Source: Alphaproteobacteria bacterium
GTDB lineage: Bacteria > Pseudomonadota > Alphaproteobacteria > GCA-2731375
DNA: 64,000 bases
Assembly (NCBI GenBank): GCA_965232515.1
Contig: CBDDPY010000002.1
Span: forward strand, 7,232,001 to 7,296,000
Direction of reading: 5' to 3'
Part shown: one piece after another, positions 1 through 8,671 of the stretch
Position numbering within the stretch: the first letter of the stretch is position 1
Layout of the letters: every line of letters starts with the position of its first letter
The notes under the pieces: generated by a model
What the model saw: the letters and a program-made list of their open reading frames with translations, nothing else
Database searches by the model: none
Told to the model about the DNA's origin: nothing
Program-made: the position numbers and the translations under genes

Positions 1-1
1 G

Positions 2-454
2 GCGGACTACGGCTCCGCAGAGCGCTGCGCCGGCATCCGCTTCGTGGCCGAGGACGCCGAGCTGGCCGATCTGGACGACGACAGGAATTTCGTCACCGAA
101 ATGCGCGCCGGCGCCGACCGCATGATCGGCCGCATCGCGCGCGAGATGGCGGCGGCGGTGGAAGAAGACGGCGCGGATACGATCCTGCTGGGCTGCACCT
201 GCATGGCGCCGATCGCCGGCCGGCTGGCTGCGCTGACCGACGTGCCGGTGATCAATCCGCTGAACGCCGGCTACAAGCTGACCGAGACGATGCTGGCGCT
301 CGGCCTGACGCAGAGCCCGGCCGCGTTCCGTTCCTCGGCCGACCGGCAGGCGCAGTTCGCGGCCATGGTATCGGCCGCAGCGCCGCTGATGCAGGGCATC
401 GCCGCCGACTGCGAACCCTGCAGCGTGGTGCGGCTCGACGCGGCCGGAGACTGA
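2..454 (+). CDS. Asp/Glu/hydantoin racemase family protein (5'-truncated by window edge)
   Basis: Frame is open from position 2. DGADTILLGCTCM and VPVINP match the C-terminal catalytic-Cys region of hydantoin/allantoin racemases. Confidence 0.75.
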   Translation, partial: ADYGSAERCAGIRFVAEDAELADLDDDRNFVTEMRAGADRMIGRIAREMAAAVEEDGADTILLGCTCMAPIAGRLAALTDVPVINPLNAGYKLTETMLALGLTQSPAAFRSSADRQAQFAAMVSAAAPLMQGIAADCEPCSVVRLDAAGD

Positions 455-494
455 GTCCGCGGGCAATCCGTCCCCCGACAATTCAGGTTGGCGA

Positions 495-1703
495 TCAGGT
501 CGATTGCAGCTCGGCACGGAGGCGACGGCCGATGAGTTCGGGCTCGCCGTCGTTCAGGCAGACCGGTCCGATCAGCAACGTGCCGTCATACATCTGCGCG
601 GGATCGACGTGAATGCTCGGCCTGCCGTCCTGCAGCCGAAGCACCAGATCGACGGCGGTCGTGCCGGCCGCGGCTTCGTCAAGATGCAACGCCAACATCG
701 GCACAGGGTCGCGCTGCGGATCGTCCTGCAGCTCGATCTCGACATGGTTCAGGCCGGCCAGGCCGTCCGCCGTTTCGCGCAGCAGGCCGCGCCAACGCCG
801 ATAGCGCGCTTCGGCGTCTTCGGACACGAACAGTTGCAGCGCCGTCAGCAGGCCGACGATCTCCTCGCGGCCGACCTTGCATGGCCGGCCGATGCCGTGC
901 TGAGGCGCACCCACCAACCTTGACTTGTCGATCAGGCCCGGCGGCGGCGACCACTGCTCGAAATAGATGTCCATATCCAGATGCTGCAGCGCGGCCGCCA
1001 TGATCAGATCGCGCCGCCCACAGAGAATGCCGGATGCCTGCGGTCCGCGAATGGCCTTGCCGCCGCTGAAGGCGACGAGATCGGCGCCGGCGGCGATGAA
1101 GCGGCGCAGGTTTTCGACCGGCGGCAGCTGCGCCGCGGCGTCGACCAGCACCGGCACGCCGGCGGCGTGCGCCACGGCGACGACCTGCTCCAGCGCCGGC
1201 CGCGACTGTGGGGTCGCGACGTAGTGCACGGCCGCCGTGCGCTCGTTGATGGCGTCGGCGATTTCCCAGGCCTCGGCATCGCGCACGCCGGCGCCGCTGT
1301 AGCGGTCGGCAATGCCGACCTCGATCAGCCGCACGCCCGCGGCGCGCACGGCGTGGTCGTAGAAGTTTCGCTGGCTGCGCACCATCACCACCTCGTTCCG
1401 CATACCGCTGGTGTCGGGCAGGCGGTTCATCCGGCCGGGATCCAGCCCGGTGACGCAGGCGGCGGTGCCGAGCAGCAGACCGGCGGCGGCGCCGGAGGTG
1501 ACATAGCCTGCCTCCGCGCCGGTGACCTCCGCGATGATCTCGCTGGCGCGGGCCTGCAGCTCGGCGATGTCGACACAGTGCTGCGCCGCTTCCTGCATGG
1601 CGACCGTCACCTCCGGCGGCAGGGTCGCGCCGCTCAGGCGCGTCGACGGTCCCTTGGCGTTGATGATGGTGCGTACGCCAAGCCGCTCGAAGACATTCGT
1701 CAT
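495..1703 (-). CDS. SelA-like / DgaE-like PLP-dependent enzyme (ammonia-lyase/transferase family)
   Basis: GVRTIINAKG, VTSGAAAGL, VLVDAAAQLPP and PLP-lysine motif FSGGKAIRGPQ. Start moved to ATG 1703, which follows a GGGGAG RBS. Confidence 0.8.
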   Translation of the reverse strand: MTNVFERLGVRTIINAKGPSTRLSGATLPPEVTVAMQEAAQHCVDIAELQARASEIIAEVTGAEAGYVTSGAAAGLLLGTAACVTGLDPGRMNRLPDTSGMRNEVVMVRSQRNFYDHAVRAAGVRLIEVGIADRYSGAGVRDAEAWEIADAINERTAAVHYVATPQSRPALEQVVAVAHAAGVPVLVDAAAQLPPVENLRRFIAAGADLVAFSGGKAIRGPQASGILCGRRDLIMAAALQHLDMDIYFEQWSPPPGLIDKSRLVGAPQHGIGRPCKVGREEIVGLLTALQLFVSEDAEARYRRWRGLLRETADGLAGLNHVEIELQDDPQRDPVPMLALHLDEAAAGTTAVDLVLRLQDGRPSIHVDPAQMYDGTLLIGPVCLNDGEPELIGRRLRAELQST

Positions 1704-1825
1704 GACGGTCTCCCCCTTCTTCATGTCCTGCTTGCCAAGGATATGACGCGTCGAAAAATCGCAAAAGCGGGCCGTCGCCCCTGTGATAGCGTTGACCGAC
1801 GTCGAACGCGGGGGAGGCACTGATC

Positions 1826-3103
1826 ATGGCCACGGATGGAGAGACGACGAACATCCTCGAACGGATCTCGGATGAACGGGTGCTGGAGCTCGAGCAGGCG
1901 CTGATCCGTATTCCCAGCTCGACCTTCGAGGAACAGGAGATAGCCGACTTTCTGGCGAACTGGATGTCCGACATCGGCCTCGATGTCGAGATGATGCAGG
2001 TGGAGAACCCGAAGGCGCCAGGCAATTTCAGCCGCCAGCCGGTCGGCCGGCTAATCGGTACCGGCGGTGGCACCAGCCTGATGTTGAACGGTCACATGGA
2101 CCCGGGCGTCGAGATGAGCGGCTGGTCCGTCGATCCCTATGGCGCCAAGTTCGAGGACGGTTGGGTCTGGGGCATGGGCGCGCACGACGACAAGGGTGGC
2201 GTCGCGGCGATGATCTGCGCCGTCGAGGCGATCATCGGATCAGGGGCGCGGCTCAGCGGCGACGTGCTGGTCTGTCCGGTGGTCGCGCACAAATACGGCG
2301 GCGCCGGCACGCGGGCGCTGCTGGACGCCGGCGTCACGGCCGACCTCTGCATCAACATGGAGCATTCCAACAACTCCATCGCCAATGTCTGCGTCGGCAT
2401 CGTCATGGCCGAGATCAAGACCACGGCGCCCGAGCTGTTCTTCCGGTTCAGCGAAGAGGCGCGGGCGGCCTACATGAATCCCGTCGAGCAGCAGTGCGAG
2501 ATCATCCGGCGGCTGGGCAACAGCCTGGTGCCGATCGCGCCCGGCGGTTGGCTGAGTTTCACGCCGCATCCAGATCTGCCGGACTTTCCCATGCACACGG
2601 TGGATACGATCCACAAGGAGCACTACTACCAGCCGAACCATACCGGCATGTCGAGCCGCGACTGCGTGATGTTGTTCCAGCTTCGCACGGTGCCGGGCCA
2701 GACGTTAGAGACCGTCGAGGCGGACCTCTTGCGGCTGCTTGACGGCATCAAGGTCGAGCACCCGGCTTTCAACTACGAACTGACGATCCCGGCGCCCGGC
2801 ACGGAGAACGGCTGGTTTCAGGATCCGATGGAGGTCGCGAAGGACCATCCGCTGGTGACGCACCTCGCCGACGGCCACCGGCTCGCCGCCGGCGCCGAGC
2901 CGGAGGTCGGCGGCATTGGCCGTATCGGCAATGTCGGCGACGGCAACATCACGGCTGCGGCCGGCATCCCCAGCCTGCAATACGGTCCCGGCGACATCCG
3001 CATCTACAAGGAATGGCCGACGCCGGACGAACGCGTGCTGCTGAGCGACCTGGTCATCGCCGCGAAAGCCGTGGCGCATGCCACCTACGCCATTTGCCGT
3101 TAG
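1826..3103 (+). CDS. M20 family (ArgE/DapE-like) metallo-amidohydrolase with atypical active site
   Basis: LMLNGHMD, GMGAHDDKGG and YGPG motifs, GGAGG RBS. The canonical EE motif reads AHK. Confidence 0.8.
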   Translation: MATDGETTNILERISDERVLELEQALIRIPSSTFEEQEIADFLANWMSDIGLDVEMMQVENPKAPGNFSRQPVGRLIGTGGGTSLMLNGHMDPGVEMSGWSVDPYGAKFEDGWVWGMGAHDDKGGVAAMICAVEAIIGSGARLSGDVLVCPVVAHKYGGAGTRALLDAGVTADLCINMEHSNNSIANVCVGIVMAEIKTTAPELFFRFSEEARAAYMNPVEQQCEIIRRLGNSLVPIAPGGWLSFTPHPDLPDFPMHTVDTIHKEHYYQPNHTGMSSRDCVMLFQLRTVPGQTLETVEADLLRLLDGIKVEHPAFNYELTIPAPGTENGWFQDPMEVAKDHPLVTHLADGHRLAAGAEPEVGGIGRIGNVGDGNITAAAGIPSLQYGPGDIRIYKEWPTPDERVLLSDLVIAAKAVAHATYAICR

Positions 3104-4386
3104 CGCGCGAAGGTCTCGGGCATCCAGAGGGCGATGTCGGGGAAGGCGATCAGCAGGACGATCATGGCCATCAGCGCGATGACGAACGGCGCCGCGCCGA
3201 TCATCACGTCGTGCAGCTGGCCGCGGCCGCGCACGCCCTGCACGACATAGAGGTTGACGCCAACCGGCGGGGTGATCAGCGCCGTCTCGATCAGCAGCAT
3301 CATCAGCACGCCGAACCAGACCGGATCGAAGCCGAGCGCGATGATCACGGGCGTGATGATCGGGATCGTCGCGATCATCATCGACAGCGTTTCCATGAAC
3401 ATGCCGAGCACGAGATAGAACAGCACCACGACGATCAGCGTGCCCATGGGCGTCAGGCCGATGTCGGTGACGAAGGCGTTGACTTGGGCGGCGAGGCCGA
3501 TTGAGCTGATCACGAAGTTGAGGAAATAGGCGCCGAGCAGGATGGCCATGATCATGGCCGTGCTGCGCATGGTGCCCTCGAGCGCGTCGCGCATCATGCT
3601 CCAGGTCAACCGCCGCCGCCAGGCCGCGAGCCCGAGCGCGATGATCACGCCCAACGCGGCGGATTCGGTCGGCGTGGCCAGACCGCCGTAGATCGAACCG
3701 ATCACCACCACGAAGATGACGAACGGCGGGAACAGGTCCGGAACGCTGGCCCAGCGCTGCGCCCAGTTCGTTTCGATCTTGCGGCCGCCCCAGACCGGTC
3801 GGGCGATGCAGCCGATAATCACCGTCAGCATGAACAGGCCGGCCAGTATCAGCCCCGGGATCATGCCGGCAAGATAGAGCTGCGGGATCGAGGTCTCGGT
3901 CAGCACGCCGTAGACGATCATGTTAATCGACGGCGGAATCAGGATGCCGAGCGTGCCGCCCGCAGCGACGGTGCCGACGAACAGGCGTTCGTTGTAGCCG
4001 TGCTTCTCGATCTCGCCCATGGCCACGGTGCCGATGGTGGCCGCCGTGGCGACGCTCGATCCTGACACGGCCGAGAACAAGGTGCAGGTGCCGATGTTGG
4101 AATGCATCAGGCCGCCCGGCAGCCAGGACATCCAATGCATCATCGCCGCATACATGCGCTCGGCGATACCGGAGCGCAGCAGGATCTCGCCGAGCAGGAT
4201 ATAGAGGGGCACGGCCACCAGAATGACGTCGTTCGAGACCGCCCAGGAGAACTCGCCGATCGCCAGATAGAGCGGCAGGAAGGAATAGGTTTGGTCGAGC
4301 ACCAGGCCGACGATGCCGAGTACGGCAGCGACCGGGATGCTGATGGCCAGCAGGCCGAGCAGGACCGCGACGGTGACACCGATCAT
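3100..4386 (-). CDS. TRAP transporter large permease (DctM-like)
   Basis: SGSSVATAATIG, GGTLGILIPPS, TPTESAA and ITPPVGVNLYV. Start at ATG 4386 overlaps the stop of the small permease (ATGA). Confidence 0.92.
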   Translation of the reverse strand: MIGVTVAVLLGLLAISIPVAAVLGIVGLVLDQTYSFLPLYLAIGEFSWAVSNDVILVAVPLYILLGEILLRSGIAERMYAAMMHWMSWLPGGLMHSNIGTCTLFSAVSGSSVATAATIGTVAMGEIEKHGYNERLFVGTVAAGGTLGILIPPSINMIVYGVLTETSIPQLYLAGMIPGLILAGLFMLTVIIGCIARPVWGGRKIETNWAQRWASVPDLFPPFVIFVVVIGSIYGGLATPTESAALGVIIALGLAAWRRRLTWSMMRDALEGTMRSTAMIMAILLGAYFLNFVISSIGLAAQVNAFVTDIGLTPMGTLIVVVLFYLVLGMFMETLSMMIATIPIITPVIIALGFDPVWFGVLMMLLIETALITPPVGVNLYVVQGVRGRGQLHDVMIGAAPFVIALMAMIVLLIAFPDIALWMPETFAR

Positions 4387-4985
4387 GACGGCGCCCCCGG
4401 GCCGGCGTCGCCGCGCCGGGCCAGTTCCTCCAGCTCCTGCTCGATCTCCTGCGCCACGGTGCGCGAGCCGATCAGGCGCTGCACGCCACGGCTGTCGCCC
4501 GTGACCAGCGCGATCAGGGCGCGGGCGAGCAGCAGCAGCGCCACGGCCATGAACATGATCAGGCCCAGGACCCAGAGGGATTGCGGGATTACCAGCGGAG
4601 TCGCGAGCGGCGACATGGTGCGGGCGCTGAGCTCCAGCGACTTCGCGAAGACGCCGTAGCCGAACCAGGTGACGAGCGCCATGAATCCAGTCAGGGCCAT
4701 GAGGCCGAGCACGTCGAGCAGGGCGCAAATCCGGGTCGGCAGCACGACATAGAGCGAGTCGATGCGGACATGCGCCCGGTCGAGCAGCGCGAAGGCGAAG
4801 GACCAGGCGCTGCCGATGGCGAGCGCAAAGCCGGAGAGCTCGTCGGCGCCGCCGATGGACAGGCTGAAGGCCTTCCGGATCACCACCTCGACCCCGATGA
4901 TCAAGGCGGCAATGACAAGCAATCCGCCGCCGAACCAGGTGCCGGCGCGGGCGATTTTGCGGGCGAAGGCGATCAGGTCATCCAT
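4383..4985 (-). CDS. TRAP transporter small permease (DctQ-like)
   Basis: Four TM segments, GADELSG and HVRID motif. Lies between the dctP-like and dctM-like genes. Confidence 0.9.
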   Translation of the reverse strand: MDDLIAFARKIARAGTWFGGGLLVIAALIIGVEVVIRKAFSLSIGGADELSGFALAIGSAWSFAFALLDRAHVRIDSLYVVLPTRICALLDVLGLMALTGFMALVTWFGYGVFAKSLELSARTMSPLATPLVIPQSLWVLGLIMFMAVALLLLARALIALVTGDSRGVQRLIGSRTVAQEIEQELEELARRGDAGPGAPS

Positions 4986-5011
4986 GGCTTCGTATTGTCG
5001 GGATAATCAAA

Positions 5012-5111
5012 CACCCCTCCCAACCCTCCCCCTGTATGGGAGAGGGCTATGACGTGTCGCATGCACGACCCGATTCCCTCTCCCTTCGGGGGAAGGGTTG
5101 GGGAGGGGGTG
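5012..5111. repeat. RIME/REP-like palindromic intergenic element
   Basis: CACCCCTCCCAACCCTCCCCC-tgtat-GGGAGAGGG ... CCCTCTCCC-ttcg-GGGGAAGGGTTGGGGAGGGGGTG, nested inverted repeats. A related element lies at 38382-38508. Confidence 0.75.
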
Positions 5112-5125
5112 ACAAAGCATCAGGC

Positions 5126-5162
5126 TTGGGCGGCCATCGCCGGATCGACGACGCCCGCCCAA
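5126..5162 (-). terminator. Stem-loop just downstream of the dctP-like stop (mRNA-stabilising or terminator hairpin)
   Basis: TTGGGCGG ... CCGCCCAA inverted repeat 10 nt after the stop codon. No clear U-tract. Confidence 0.35.
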
Positions 5163-5172
5163 CGCGATGACA

Positions 5173-6228
5173 TCAAAGCTTGCCGAGCGGGATCTCCATG
5201 CCGACGACCTGGCCGATCATGTCGTTCCACTCCGCGGCGCAGTCCTTGCCGCAGCGCTTGCCCCAGTTCACCAGCACGACGTCCTGCATCAGCTTCTTGT
5301 GCAGTTCCTTGTCCGGATCGCTGACCGGTACGATGGTCATGTCGGCCTTCTTGCCGAGCGTGCAGGGGTCCTTGCCGGTGTTGCAATTGTCGGCCTCGCC
5401 GGCGGACTGGGCGACGGTCGCCCACATATTGTCTTCCAGTTTGGCGAAGGCCTTCTCGAAGAACGCCTGCACTTCCGGCGGGAACCGCTTCCAGGAATCG
5501 AGGTTCACGGCCTGGAAGTTGATCGACCAGCCGAGATACATCGGATAGATGTGCGTCGTGACCTCGGGCCAGCCGGCCGAGTTGCCGCTGGTCGTGCCGG
5601 TCACGGCGCAGTCGACGACGCCGCGTTGCAGCGCCGGCACCACCTCGCCGAATGCCATGCTGATCGACGTGCCGCCGATCGCCTCGACGAAATCGGTCAT
5701 GGTCTTGTTGAAGACGCGGATCTTGCGGCCCTGCAGATCGGCCACGCCGCCGACCTGATCACGGCACCAGAAGACCTGCGGCGGGTTGGCGCCCAAGGCC
5801 AGCAGCTTGGCGTTGAACTTCTTCTCCATGGCCCGCGACATGGCCGGCTTCCAGGCATTGCAGACCTTGCGCGCCATCTCGATGTCGAGCGCCAGGCCGG
5901 CGAGGTCGCAACCCTCGAACGTCGGGTCGTCGCCCGCCATCTTGCTGATGTCGCTGACGCCGAAGTCGGTGACGCCGAGCTGGGTCAGGCGCAGGACCTG
6001 GAAGTCCTTCACGCCCATGACATCCTGGTGGTTGTAGTCGGCCGTGACCTGACCGCCGGACATTTCCGGCACGATCTTGCCCCAGAATTCCTGCTCGACC
6101 TTGGCGACGTGTGCGACGGTGCTGTAGTTGCCGATCACCTTGACGTGGGTCTTCGGCAGATCGGCAGCCGTCGCCGCCAGCGGCAGCGCGATGGCCGCCG
6201 CGGTCACGCTCATCAGTAATGTCCGCAT
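5173..6228 (-). CDS. TRAP transporter substrate-binding protein (DctP-like)
   Basis: Signal peptide, DLQGRKIRV and FGEVVPALQRGVVD motifs. Confidence 0.92.
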   Translation of the reverse strand: MRTLLMSVTAAAIALPLAATAADLPKTHVKVIGNYSTVAHVAKVEQEFWGKIVPEMSGGQVTADYNHQDVMGVKDFQVLRLTQLGVTDFGVSDISKMAGDDPTFEGCDLAGLALDIEMARKVCNAWKPAMSRAMEKKFNAKLLALGANPPQVFWCRDQVGGVADLQGRKIRVFNKTMTDFVEAIGGTSISMAFGEVVPALQRGVVDCAVTGTTSGNSAGWPEVTTHIYPMYLGWSINFQAVNLDSWKRFPPEVQAFFEKAFAKLEDNMWATVAQSAGEADNCNTGKDPCTLGKKADMTIVPVSDPDKELHKKLMQDVVLVNWGKRCGKDCAAEWNDMIGQVVGMEIPLGKL

Positions 6229-6568
6229 GTTCTTATTCCCCTGTTGACCGCTCGCCCGTTGATCGGGCGCGAACGATTATTACGACACCGGCGGTAACGG
6301 CGTCGGGATCGGGACCGGACCCGATAGACCGCCGGGCGGGAAGGGCGGTGAGCGTTGGAAGATCAAGCCGGCCGGCGCGCATCCGTCGGTGCCTTGAGGT
6401 GCGTCGCCAGGCGGTCGGTTAACGCTCAATCAGGTCAAGCCTGCTTCCCTACCAGTTGCCGGCAGTCATCGCCGCTGGGTCCAAGTGTAAGTCGAAAACC
6501 TGGAGCGGCGAAGTCCAATTAATGGGCAACTGTTGCTCGAATATTCGGCAGGCCGGAATGCAGTTTTT

Positions 6569-8659
6569 CTATGCCAAGGTGATGAGAATGTTGCCGTAAT
6601 CGTCCAATGTCGCGGTCGCGCCGGGCGGAATGATGCAAGTCGCGTCATATTCTTCGACGATGCACGGCCCTTCTCGAGAGGTCGTCAACGCGGAACGCGG
6701 CAAGACCGGGGCGTCGAGCCAGCCGGCATTCGGTCCGAAATAGACCCGCCGATCCGGCGACGCCGCATGCTCGGCCGCTGCGATCGAGCGCACGCTGTCC
6801 GGCACCCGGGATTTCTCCGACACGCCGCGGCCGACGACTTGAACGTTGACGAGCTCGACCGGCTCTTCCGGACCGGCGCGATGGCCGTAGGTGCGCTCGT
6901 GCTCCTGCCCGAAGGCCTCGTCGAGGTCGGCGATGGCGGCGGCGTCGAGCCGTCCGGCCGGCGCCGGCACGGTCAGCTCAAACGTCTGGCCCTGGTAGTG
7001 CATGTTCGCGGTCCGTGCGATCTGCATCTGTCCGTCGGCGAATCCGTCGGTCGCCAACTGCGCGCGCGCCGATTCCTCCAGCTCGCTCCAGACATCGTTG
7101 ATCTCTTCCAGATCGATGCCGCGCAGCAGGCGGCGGAAGGTGCGCGAATAGTGGTGCTCGACATCCGCATAGACCAGGCCGAAGGACGAGAACACGCCGG
7201 GCGACGGCGGGATGACGATGCGCTTCATGTGCAGCGCCTCGGCCATGGCGGCGGCGAACACCGGACCGTTGCCGCCGAAGGCGAACAGCGCGTAGCCGCG
7301 CGGGTCGCGGCCGCGCTCGGTCGAGACCGCCTTGATGGCGCGGATCATGTTGGAGACGGCGATCTGGTGCGCGCCGTAGGCCGCGTGCTCGAGCGGGATG
7401 TCGAGCGGCTTGGCGACGGTCTCGGCGAAGATCGTGCGCGCCCGTTCGGCGTTGAGCTTGAGCGCGCCGCCGACGAGATAGTCCGGATTGATGTAGCCAA
7501 GGATGACGTTGGCGTCGGTGACCGTCGGCTCGGTGCCGCCGATGTCGTAGCAGAGCGGCCCCGGCTCGGCGCCGGCGCTCTGTGGGCCGATCTGCAGCGA
7601 GCCGCCGGCATCGATCCAGACGATGGAGCCGCCGCCGGCGCCGACCTCGGCGAGGTCAATGGCCGGCACTTTCAATGTGTAGCCGGCGCCGGTCAGCAGG
7701 CGCGAGCCCATCATGATACCGCCGCCGACCTGGTATTCCAGCGAGCGGGTGACCTCGCCGCCCTCGACCAGCGAGGCCTTGGCCGTTGTGCCGCCCATGT
7801 CGAAGGTGATGATGTCGGGCATCGACAGCGAGCGGGCGAGCGCCTGGGCGCCGATGACGCCGCCGGCCGGACCCGACTCGATGATGTTCATGGGCTTGGC
7901 GATGGCGTCGGCATCCGTCGTCAGGCCGCCGTTCGACTGCATCAGCAGCAGCGGCGCCTTGACCTCGGACTCATCCAGGTTCTTGCGCAGCGCCTTCAAG
8001 TATGTCGCCACCACCGGCATGACATAGGTGTTGATCACGGTGGTCGAGGTGCGGTCGTATTCCTTGATCTCCGGCAACACGTCGAAGCTGATGCAGTGCG
8101 GCAGGCCGGGCGCGCGGCGCTCGATGACCTCCTTGATCATCTGCTCGTGCACCGGGTTGGCGAACGCGTTCAGCAGGCAGACGGCGATGGCCTCGACGTC
8201 TTCTTCCAGCAGCCGATCGACCGCGGCCTCGGCGTCGGCCGGGTCCATCGGCGTCAACACCTCGCCCTTGGTGTTGACGCGCTCGTCGACGGTGCGGCGT
8301 AGGTAGCGCTCGACCAGCGTCGGCGGCTTCTGCCAGGCGATGTCGTAGAGCCGCGGCATGCGCAGCGTGCGGATCTCCAGCACGTCGCGGAAGCCCTTCG
8401 AGGTGATGAGGCCGGTGCGCGCGCCCTTCAGCTCCAGGATCGCGTTCGAGGCCACCGTGGTGCCGTGCAGGACTTCCTCGACGTTGCCGCCGTTCAGGTT
8501 CTGCTCGTCGAAGACCTGGGCCAGGCCGTCGACGATGGCGCGGGCGTAGTTGTCGACGCTGGAAGAGACCTTCTTGACGATGGTGTTGCCGGCTGCGTCC
8601 AGGAAGACGATGTCCGTGAACGTGCCACCGATGTCGATGCCGACGCGATACTTGGTCAT
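6569..8659 (-). CDS. Hydantoinase/5-oxoprolinase subunit A (HyuA-like, ATP-binding)
   Basis: GIDIGGTFTD, HGTTVASN, ESGPAGG, DMGGTT, GAGGGSI, SAGAEPGP and AFGGNG. Confidence 0.93.
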   Translation of the reverse strand: MTKYRVGIDIGGTFTDIVFLDAAGNTIVKKVSSSVDNYARAIVDGLAQVFDEQNLNGGNVEEVLHGTTVASNAILELKGARTGLITSKGFRDVLEIRTLRMPRLYDIAWQKPPTLVERYLRRTVDERVNTKGEVLTPMDPADAEAAVDRLLEEDVEAIAVCLLNAFANPVHEQMIKEVIERRAPGLPHCISFDVLPEIKEYDRTSTTVINTYVMPVVATYLKALRKNLDESEVKAPLLLMQSNGGLTTDADAIAKPMNIIESGPAGGVIGAQALARSLSMPDIITFDMGGTTAKASLVEGGEVTRSLEYQVGGGIMMGSRLLTGAGYTLKVPAIDLAEVGAGGGSIVWIDAGGSLQIGPQSAGAEPGPLCYDIGGTEPTVTDANVILGYINPDYLVGGALKLNAERARTIFAETVAKPLDIPLEHAAYGAHQIAVSNMIRAIKAVSTERGRDPRGYALFAFGGNGPVFAAAMAEALHMKRIVIPPSPGVFSSFGLVYADVEHHYSRTFRRLLRGIDLEEINDVWSELEESARAQLATDGFADGQMQIARTANMHYQGQTFELTVPAPAGRLDAAAIADLDEAFGQEHERTYGHRAGPEEPVELVNVQVVGRGVSEKSRVPDSVRSIAAAEHAASPDRRVYFGPNAGWLDAPVLPRSALTTSREGPCIVEEYDATCIIPPGATATLDDYGNILITLA

Positions 8660-8671
8660 GACCGTCGCCCG

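Noticed and set aside
495-1703. Selenocysteine synthase selA
   Set aside because: It lacks the SelA N-terminal domain, no selB/selC/selD is nearby, and the context is catabolic. It fits the SelA-like/DgaE group better.
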